Of a DNA stretch of 54,426 bases, positions 9,306-17,200 are shown piece by piece. Numbering within the stretch: position 1 is the first letter of the stretch; each line of letters begins with the position of its first letter. The stretch lies in assembly GCA_041662565.1 (NCBI GenBank), contig JBAZSE010000004.1, positions 73,398-127,823 on the forward strand, written 5' to 3'. Source of the stretch: Patescibacteria group bacterium. GTDB lineage: Bacteria; Patescibacteriota; Patescibacteriia; UBA1558; UBA10009. Below the pieces are notes generated by a model. It searched no databases. It was not told the origin of the DNA and worked only from the letters and a program-made list of their open reading frames with translations. The position numbers and the translations under genes were made by a program.

Positions 9306-9427
9306 AATATTGACTACGAATTACGAATTATTACCAATATACGAATACAAAGTTAAATTTTAGCTTAACCATTTGTATCTCAATAACCACTAATTTGTAT
9401 ATTCGTAATGATTCGTAATTAGTAGAA
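9306..9427. repeat. TACGAAT-rich palindromic element, copy B
   Basis: ctacgaattacgaattattaccaatatacgaat ... tttgtatattcgtaatgattcgtaattagtag; ~35-bp arms with few mismatches. Same position as copy A, directly upstream of a start codon. Confidence 0.7.
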
Positions 9428-10705
9428 TTATAAACACTTATACACAATCCCTAAATTCTTTGCTTCCTGCTTATCATAAAACCTTTTTAAATCAAACAAA
9501 ATCGGAGCATCATTCATCATGCCCTTTAATTTCTCTAATGTCAGTTCTTTAAATTCATGATGCGGACTAAAAACAATTACGGCATCAACCTTTGGTACAT
9601 CAGCCAGTTTGCTATTGGTCATGCCGAAATAATGTTCTATAAATGAATCCTTAACCAACGGTTCATGGCCAAAAAGTTCAATATTAAAACCCTTAAGCTC
9701 CGCCATTAATTCTTTAACTTTGGAATTTCTTAAATCAGGGACGTTTTCTTTAAAAGTTAAACCTAAAATTAAAATTTTGGCGTCTTTTAATACCTTGCCC
9801 GCGGCATTTAAGGATTTAATAACCACTTCGGCCACATGATGAGGCATGTAATCGTTAACGCCTCGGCCGGCTAAAATAACTTGCGGATGATAGCCCAGCT
9901 CCAAGGCCTTATGGGTAAGGTAATATGGATCAACGCTAATACAGTGCCCGCCAACCAGGCCGGGAAAATATTTAACAAAATTCCACTTGGTGCCGGCTGC
10001 CTCAATTACTTCGCGAGTATCAATATCCATACGTTCAAAAATCAAAGACAATTCATTCATTAAGGCAATATTCAAATCCCGCTGGATATTTTCGATTACT
10101 TTAGAGGCCTCGGCGGTTTTTAAATCGGAAACAGGGTAAATTGTATTGATAATGGAACCGTAAACTTCGCTAACGATTTTTAACGCTTCGGGCGTGGAAC
10201 CGCTAACGATTTTAACGATCTTATCAATGGTATGCTCTTTATCTCCCGGATTAACTCGTTCCGGCGAATATCCTAGGAAAAAATCCTGATTGTATTTTAA
10301 GCCGGATTCTTTTTCTATCAGTGGCATGCAAAATTCTTCGGTACAGCCCGGATAAACAGTGCTTTCATAAACCACAATGGCACCCTTAGTTAGATTTTGA
10401 CCAACGATGATTGAGGCCTTTTCTACCGGCCCTAAATCGGGATTTTTACTGTTATCAATAGGCGTAGGCACGGCCACAATAATAAAATTGGCTTCTTTGA
10501 TAACTTCCGGCGTGGCGCTGTATTTGATGTTATATTCCTTAAGTTTATCACCCACTTCATCGGTTCTATCGTAGCCCCTTTTTAGTTCCTCAATTTTTTC
10601 CACATTGGAATCGTAACCAAAAACCTCATATTTTTTGGATAACAAACAGGCCAAAGGCAAACCAACGTAACCCAAACCAACTACGCAAATTTTAGTGTTA
10701 TTCAT
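9428..10705 (-). CDS. nucleotide-sugar 6-dehydrogenase (TviB/WbpO/UDP-GlcNAc-GalNAc dehydrogenase-like)
   Basis: ICVVGLGYVGLPLA, GGHCISVDPYYL catalytic Cys motif, 425 aa. Confidence 0.8.
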   Translation of the reverse strand: MNNTKICVVGLGYVGLPLACLLSKKYEVFGYDSNVEKIEELKRGYDRTDEVGDKLKEYNIKYSATPEVIKEANFIIVAVPTPIDNSKNPDLGPVEKASIIVGQNLTKGAIVVYESTVYPGCTEEFCMPLIEKESGLKYNQDFFLGYSPERVNPGDKEHTIDKIVKIVSGSTPEALKIVSEVYGSIINTIYPVSDLKTAEASKVIENIQRDLNIALMNELSLIFERMDIDTREVIEAAGTKWNFVKYFPGLVGGHCISVDPYYLTHKALELGYHPQVILAGRGVNDYMPHHVAEVVIKSLNAAGKVLKDAKILILGLTFKENVPDLRNSKVKELMAELKGFNIELFGHEPLVKDSFIEHYFGMTNSKLADVPKVDAVIVFSPHHEFKELTLEKLKGMMNDAPILFDLKRFYDKQEAKNLGIVYKCL

Positions 10706-10826
10706 AATTCGTCATTGCGAGGAGCCGAGCGCAACGAAGGCGACGAAGCAATCTCGCTTGCTAAAAAGTTAAAAAAATTATACCCTACTATTATACTTAG
10801 AAAGTAATTAAAAGTCAACCACAAAA

Positions 10827-12011
10827 ATGACCGATTCTAGAATAAAAATCCTTTATTTAGTGACTCAATCAGAATGGGGCGGTGCCCAGGAATATGTTTT
10901 TAATTTAGCCTTTAATCTGAATAAAAACCAATACACCCCCTTGGTTTTGGCTGGTCGCGAGACCTTGAGCGACCAAAGGGAGTCGAAAGGTGGCAATGGC
11001 GCCCTTTTTAATGCTCTAAAAGCCCAAAAATTGCCCTACCAAGAGCTTAAATGGGTTAAACGGGCAATTAATCCTTTATTTGATTTACTGGCCGTTTTTG
11101 AATTAATTGGCATATTTAAAAAAGAAAAACCAAATGTGATTCACTTGAACAGTTCTAAAATCGGTTTTTTAGGAAGTTTGGCAGGAAAAATTTATCAAGC
11201 AACCGCCAATCATGAATTACGAATAATTTATACAGCTCATGGCTGGGTGTTTAATGAACCGCAACCTTGGTTAATCAGCAAAATCTATTTTTGGATAGAA
11301 AAAATTTCTTCTGCTTGGAAAGATGTGATTATTACCGTTTGCGAAGCAGACAAACAAATTGCTTTAAAAAATAATTTTAAAACCAAAATTGTTACTATCC
11401 ACAATGCAGTTGATTCTCAACAATTAAACTTTTTGGATAAACAAACGGCTCAAACAAAATTGTGGCAACTAACTAAGGATAATAATGAGTCGCTACACAA
11501 AGAGGCAAAAATTATTTTTACTATCGCCAACCTTTACCCTACCAAAGGCATTAATTATCTGATTGAAGCAGCCGCTATTTTAATTCCCCAACATCCTAAC
11601 TTGGTATTTATGGTTGCCGGAGAGGGTCAAGAACGAATTCGTTTGGAATCTTTAATTTTAAAACACAAACTAACCGACAATTTTTTCTTGCTTGGCTCTG
11701 TGTTAAACGCTTACCAATACCTTAAGGCCGGCGATTTATTTGTTTTGCCTTCGGTTAAAGAAGGTTTGCCTTACGCCATACTGCAAGCTAAGGCGGGTCA
11801 GGTGCCGATTATTGCTACCCGCGTTGGCGGCCTGCCAGAAATATTACCTCAAAACTGCCTCATCCCGCTGGATAATCGTACGGGCGGGGTCCTCCCGCCC
11901 ATCCTGGCGGATAAAATTGAATCCTTCTTAGCAGGCCGCCTACCAATACCTGAATATAAAATTGATTCCTTTAGAGAATTTCTAGAAAAAACCATTACCT
12001 TATATAAATAA
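10827..12011 (+). CDS. glycosyltransferase family 4
   Basis: FVLPSVKEGLPYAILQAKAGQVPIIATRVGGLPEI. Followed by a perfect 38-nt palindromic terminator. Confidence 0.8.
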   Translation: MTDSRIKILYLVTQSEWGGAQEYVFNLAFNLNKNQYTPLVLAGRETLSDQRESKGGNGALFNALKAQKLPYQELKWVKRAINPLFDLLAVFELIGIFKKEKPNVIHLNSSKIGFLGSLAGKIYQATANHELRIIYTAHGWVFNEPQPWLISKIYFWIEKISSAWKDVIITVCEADKQIALKNNFKTKIVTIHNAVDSQQLNFLDKQTAQTKLWQLTKDNNESLHKEAKIIFTIANLYPTKGINYLIEAAAILIPQHPNLVFMVAGEGQERIRLESLILKHKLTDNFFLLGSVLNAYQYLKAGDLFVLPSVKEGLPYAILQAKAGQVPIIATRVGGLPEILPQNCLIPLDNRTGGVLPPILADKIESFLAGRLPIPEYKIDSFREFLEKTITLYK

Positions 12012-12014
12012 ACT

Positions 12015-12054
12015 AAAATGCGGATCTTTGATTAATCAAAGATCCGCATTTTTT
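12015..12054. terminator. bidirectional intrinsic terminator (perfect 19+19 nt palindrome)
   Basis: aaaatgcggatctttgatt|aatcaaagatccgcatttt flanked by A/T runs, between convergent genes. Confidence 0.85.
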
Positions 12055-12072
12055 ATTTCAACAATCTTTCTT

Positions 12073-13161
12073 CTACTTCAAAGCGTAACCTAAAGCCCTA
12101 ACAACCGACCAATCCAATGGACTGGTTGGAATACGGTTAAAGGCCTTTTGGAAACTGCCAATACCCTGCTTTTCTTTGGTTAAATCACGAGTAAAGCGAA
12201 TGCGATACATCATGGTGTTCCAGGCCAAATCCTCTTTGGCGTTTTTAAAGTTGGGAGCATGCCCCACAACTTTTTCAAAAGCCGCTAAAACCTTGGGCAC
12301 CTGGGCTTGTTCGTTGGCTAAATTGCGGCCAAGAACTTTTTGCCCGGTTGTCATCCGCTCAATATCCGACCAGCTGACATTGGCTTTGCCAACGGTATTA
12401 AAGTAATCCCTTAACAGGGCCCCTCTTTCGCCCAAACCTATTTTTTTAGTTGCGATGGAAACGCCGTAAGTGACAAAGTTAGCCATAGCTGTCTTTTGTT
12501 CCGCGCTGGCTGTAACCTTAAATTCCTTAAGATCAGCAGTAACCTTATCGCTGGACTGGCTTTCTTTAGCCGAATCGCGTGTTAAACCAAGGTTAGTTAA
12601 CAATGCGGTTACATTGCTGGGATCATTAACTGAATTGGCTGATGGTGTAGCCGGCGTGGCCGGTGTTGCCGGGCTTTCTGTTGGAGTTGCCGGCGTGGCC
12701 GGTGTTGCCGGAGTAGCTGGAGCTGATGATCCTCCACCACCTCCACCGCCACCATTATTATTACTGCCTGCATTACTACTGCCCAATCCCGTACAACTTC
12801 CACTAGGTGTTACTGTCACAATAACCGGAGCTGGCTCGGATGCTGAAGCTGTAATCAACAAAATTGATTGGCTGTTGCCACACTCGTTGGTAACTGTCAT
12901 ATAGGAGTCATCACCTGAAACAGTAAAACCCTTTCTTTCGACTGAAATTAAAGAAACAATTGAGTTGGCCGAAAGAGTAAAGGTAATTGTAGTGGCATTT
13001 ACGGTAAACGAATCAAAGGTTGAGGAAGTATCTATGGTGTAGCTCGAACCATCGTCTAGAGTAATAGTACTTTGTTGAGGAAAAGTTACATCATTAGCGG
13101 CAAAAGCCAAAGTTGGGGCAGTCAGCAGGGCAAGTAGGCCTAAAATGAGAATTTTTTTCAT
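12073..13161 (-). CDS. secreted protein with a Gly8 + (PAT)n low-complexity linker and a conserved C-terminal domain
   Basis: Signal peptide MKKILILGLLALLTAPTLAFA, then GGGGGGGGSSAPATPATPATPATPTESPATPATPATP. Confidence 0.6.
   Translation of the reverse strand: MKKILILGLLALLTAPTLAFAANDVTFPQQSTITLDDGSSYTIDTSSTFDSFTVNATTITFTLSANSIVSLISVERKGFTVSGDDSYMTVTNECGNSQSILLITASASEPAPVIVTVTPSGSCTGLGSSNAGSNNNGGGGGGGGSSAPATPATPATPATPTESPATPATPATPSANSVNDPSNVTALLTNLGLTRDSAKESQSSDKVTADLKEFKVTASAEQKTAMANFVTYGVSIATKKIGLGERGALLRDYFNTVGKANVSWSDIERMTTGQKVLGRNLANEQAQVPKVLAAFEKVVGHAPNFKNAKEDLAWNTMMYRIRFTRDLTKEKQGIGSFQKAFNRIPTSPLDWSVVRALGYALK
12644..12753 (-). repeat. in-frame tandem repeats encoding (PAT)n and Gly8
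   Basis: Exact 23-bp direct repeat gccggcgtggccggtgttgccgg at 12650-12672 and 12689-12711. cctccaccacctccaccgccacc encodes Gly8. Confidence 0.85.
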
Positions 13162-13188
13162 ATTAATTGACTGCTTAAATTAATTAAT

Positions 13189-13908
13189 TTAGTTGGGACA
13201 ATTGCCTGCTGAAGAAACCAAGGATCCCGCGGCATTAATATGGAAGTGATAAAGCGTGCCGGCGGAATTTTCCATTTCAAAACATCCTTTTTTAATTCTG
13301 ATAGTTGATGAAGCAGTGTTGCCAATTGAGAACAATCTAGAAGGTGAAGATGAGCCAACGCCAGTTTTGCCGTTAGCCAATACCGTAAACAAACCGGTAT
13401 GCGTAGATGAAGCCACGTTAAACAACCTGGTGGTTGGGGGCAAAGAAGCGCTAGAAACAGCTAAAATGGATAAAGGAGTGGTTGTACCAATACCAACGTA
13501 ATTATTTGTGGCATCAACAACCAAAGTATTGGTATCAACTGTTAAGTTGCTGGTAACAGCCAAAGTGCTAGTAAAAGTACCGGCGCCATCAACCCTTAAT
13601 GTACCATCAAATTCGCCTTTACCTTCTACAAACAAAGAATCATCAGCTAAAGCTGTAAAAGCATCCGGAGTTGAACCGGTGCCAATTCTGGCACCCGAAG
13701 TAACTGTTAAATCGGTACCAACAGTAACCGCGGCCTGTAAATCAGCCGCACCTACTAGCGTTAAAGCACCAGTTAAAGCTGATGTACCTGTAACAGTCAA
13801 TGTTCCACCGGTGGAAATGTTTGTGCCAATGGTGGAAGCGGCAGAAGCAACGCCAGCAACTACGAACATGAATAAGGCTAACGAAAAAATAAATAATATT
13901 TTTTTCAT
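13189..13908 (-). CDS. secreted Thr/Gly/Ala-rich beta-strand repeat protein (fibre-like)
   Basis: Signal peptide MKKILFIFSLALFMFVVAGVASA. Repeats of the type GTLTVTG/LTVTSG/LRVDGAGTF, and a NNYVGIGTTTP motif typical of fibre or collagen-like tail domains. Confidence 0.6.
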   Translation of the reverse strand: MKKILFIFSLALFMFVVAGVASAASTIGTNISTGGTLTVTGTSALTGALTLVGAADLQAAVTVGTDLTVTSGARIGTGSTPDAFTALADDSLFVEGKGEFDGTLRVDGAGTFTSTLAVTSNLTVDTNTLVVDATNNYVGIGTTTPLSILAVSSASLPPTTRLFNVASSTHTGLFTVLANGKTGVGSSSPSRLFSIGNTASSTIRIKKGCFEMENSAGTLYHFHINAAGSLVSSAGNCPN

Positions 13909-14072
13909 AGTTAACTTAATTAAATTGTTAATTCAAATTTATAAAACGTGAGTATATAGACAAGGGCCATTTTGTTTCGACCTTTAAAGACCGCATCTTT
14001 ATTTTTATTAAAGAATTTAATATATTATACCATTTTTTTTCTTAATTATAAACAATGCCAGTTATCCACAGC

Positions 14073-14105
14073 GTTGTAGAGACAGGGTAACCCCGTCTCT
14101 ACAAC
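14073..14105. repeat. TGTAGAGAC-stem hairpin
   Basis: gttgtagagac-agggtaacccc-gtctctacaac; 11-bp perfect stem. Confidence 0.7.
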
Positions 14106-14108
14106 GCA

Positions 14109-14141
14109 AAACCACCTCCGTTGATCAGACGGAGGTGGTTT
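14109..14141 (-). terminator. intrinsic terminator after the giant surface-protein gene
   Basis: aaaccacctccgt-N7-acggaggtggttt; 13-bp perfect stem followed by a T-run on the minus strand. Confidence 0.75.
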
Positions 14142-14202
14142 AAAATCGCTAATTCAGTTTTTACATAAATCGGTTCGGACTTAAGCCCGGAGAGCGATTC
14201 AC

Positions 14203-14239
14203 GTGACGCTCAGCGTCACATTAGTCACGCTTAGCGTGA
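14203..14239. repeat. two tandem GCTNAGC-centred palindromes
   Basis: gtgacGCTCAGCgtcac (14203-14219) and tcacGCTTAGCgtga (14225-14239). Confidence 0.8.
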
Positions 14240-14262
14240 TGTTTTTACTAGAGAACAATAGC

Positions 14263-17200
14263 TTAGTTCAAGGACCTAGATTTGTTTAAGGTCTTGATAT
14301 TATAGCCATTAAACCAGTCAGCTGACTTAGTAACAGCAGTACCATCATAAGTGCTGGAGGCATTAAGATCTGTGTGGGATAAATTGCCATTTACACCCGT
14401 AGAATCAGACCAAATCATATAAGATCCAGTAGATTCCGCACCATTTGCATTAGAGGACAAGCAGTATTTGCTTTGGGCTTTAGAAGGGGAATTGCCCACA
14501 CAATTTGCTTTCAGGTACTTATAACCAGTAGTGGTGTTGGAAGCAGTATCGCCATTAAATAGGTATGTCCAAACGGCATCACCATTACTGCTTGTGCCGG
14601 TTTCAAAATGACCAACGTTAGCAGTTAAAATGTAATACTTGCTTTGACCACTAGAAATAACGCGTTCTTGGTTAAAGACCAAAATAACATCGTTGGTACT
14701 GGAAGCACCGGATCCAGCAGCTGCAGAATTGAGAGCGGTATTCTGATACAGATAACTATTAGCATCGCTTAACTTACCGCCAAGAACACCAGTAGCTACG
14801 GTAGTTGTTGCGCCCCAACCATTATAGATCTGATACGCTTTAGCACCTGTATCAGCTTGAGTTAAAGCAGCGGCTGCGTTATAGCTATCACCCTCTAAAA
14901 TCTCAAAATTGCTGAGATAAAGGGTTGAAGTATCCTTTACAACATCGGTCATACCCAATTTAAAGGATAATTTCTTCAAGGTCAGGTCTGTGCCTTCATT
15001 AGCCGTAACCTGGAATTTATACAATTGGTTGACACCACCAGCTAAATTACCGCCGGTTTCATCAGCAGTAAAGACTGGTAATGTTCCATGAACAACCATT
15101 AAGTTTCCCGGAACATCAACGATACTAGAGGCATTACTCACAGAGGTAATAGATGTTCTGGAAGAACCAGCGCCCTTGGCCTCAAAATTACTATCTTCAT
15201 CAAACATAGCAGAAACAACATCACCAGTATAAGCCGCTGTGTTTTGATTAATAGCTGCCAAATTAAAGTATACGTTTACTACTTTAGAACCAATTGGAAC
15301 ATACAACGGATTAGCAGTAATATTAAAGTCAGCTACACCACTAATTAACTGTTGAGTAGCAAAAACAATTGTATTGTCTTTGTTTGTATACTTAATAGTT
15401 ACACTAGTAACCGACCTGTCATTAGTAGCGGCTTCTTTTTGTTCAATTCTTAACTTATTAACGTTAAAGGCCTCATTAGTGGCCTGGAACTTTAAATTAA
15501 GAACAGGAACATTTAAAGTTGAAGCAACCACATTGGCTGCATCCGGATTACTGTCAGCAGTAACATTTAAGGTACCGGATTCTGCAATCACAATGTAAGT
15601 GGAGGAGGTAACGGCAGTAGCCGAGCCATTACCACTGGTAATAACGTAAGCTCCGCCAGTACTGTTTTTCATAGTAACGGAATTGTTACTAGCATCAACA
15701 GCGGTAATGCCAGTATTATCCTTAAAGTTCATCTTAACATATTTTGACATACCAGTGGTGCCTTCACCACCAGTATCACCATTAGCAAAAGCTGAAGAAG
15801 TAACATCTCCAACCACGGCCAAAATTTTTGTTTCACCAGCCGGAATAGTCCAGTTCATATCAGAGAAAGTAACAAGTCCGGCAGTGCTCATTGATTCAAG
15901 GGAACCATTGAGATTGGTGGCTAAAGCGCTATCAGCACTCTTATCATAAATGCGCAAATTAGTTACCAAATTATTGGCGTAAACTGTACCAACAGCGGCC
16001 ATACCCGCTTCCCTAACATCAGCCACACTACCCACAGCCATAGAGCTGGTCGCGCCAGCGCCATCGCCATCAACATAACCATACATAGTCATGCCGGAAA
16101 TAGTCACGGATGAACCGGATAAGGCCTTAAGGGCAAATTCGGCTAAGGTAACTTTATTAGTTCCTTGAATAATGGTAGTACCAGCTGAAGGAGTGCCGGA
16201 AGCCAATGACACATAGAGGTCAGCGGCTGCTACTGTTTGGCTTGTACCTTGAGAAAAGGTAGAAGGAGCAATATCAGTAACAAATTGGTTATTGTCGGTG
16301 TTCTTAATTGCGGTTGGGCCAAAAGTGTAAAAACTGGTAACACTTGAACCCAAGGTAGCAAAATAAGTAGCGGCAGTTAAGCTGGAGTGCAAATCGGCCT
16401 TAATAGCAAAGTGTCTGGTTACATTAGCAGTTAAGGTAAAGTAATCAGTAAAGGTGTTATATACACCAGCACCGGTGCCCAAATCGCCAGTAAAGCTGGA
16501 ACAATTAACTGCGCTGGTGCTCTCGCCATTGTCCGTATCAACTACTTTAACGTTAGTAATATAGTCGTTGGAGCAATCATCAGCAGTAGTATCAGCGGCG
16601 GTCTTGTCTAAGTTAGCACCGGCAGCACCGGAGTTGCTAAGTTCAACTCTTAAACTTCTAATTTCAGCATTAACTTTGGAAGTAACACCAAAATTCATTA
16701 AAGAAACATTGGTCGCACCAGCGGCAACGTTACCGGCAATAGGACCATCCATAGTAACGGTGAACTGTCCGCCTTGGACTGTAACTTCAGAATAATAAGT
16801 GCTAGTACCATCATAAGTACCAGTATCAGTACCGCTAGTACTCATATCAACTGTTGCACCATAACCATAAGTAGCACCAACAGCGTATAAGTCAGTAGTT
16901 TGATCCAAGTAAGTTCTAATGGTATCAGTATTTCTAGCTGCGCCATTAATATCAGCGTAGACGTAGAAAATTCTATTAGTATTCTTAGCTAAAGTGAAAG
17001 GAGTGGCTAAATCAAAGACCACATAACCCTTGGCGTTAACACTGCTAACGGATGCAAGTTTAGTGGTAAGTTGATAAAGCGACAAGTTTGATAAGTAGGC
17101 GTTGTTTAAAGTACCGGCCTCATAAAGAGTAATTCTCTTTATTGTCAAATCCTCACCGGTTCCGGCGGATAATTTAAACTGAGCAATCTTGGCATTTAAT

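Noticed and set aside
4891-9427. Possibility that the TACGAAT repeats or the tandem GCTNAGC palindromes represent a CRISPR array
   Set aside because: There is no regular repeat-spacer periodicity, only 2-5 short units per locus, the units are palindromic with variable arms, and no cas genes lie in the window.
12470-12904. 144-aa plus-strand ORF (also 12609-12803 and 12176-12406) overlapping the secreted-protein gene
   Set aside because: It is antisense to a well-supported signal-peptide gene. It is open only because of the GC-rich (PAT)n/Gly-repeat DNA, and its product is low-complexity (GVAGVAG, PPPPPPP).
13508-13951. 147-aa plus-strand ORF (and 13256-13501) antisense to the 239-aa secreted protein gene
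   Set aside because: It mirrors a Thr/Gly/Ala-rich gene, has no RBS or promoter context, and the minus-strand product has a clear signal peptide.
14062-14070. DnaA boxes as evidence for the replication origin
   Set aside because: The boxes are isolated singles 10-12 kb apart, not a cluster. There is no adjacent dnaA/dnaN or AT-rich unwinding element, and no strand switch in gene orientation occurs here.
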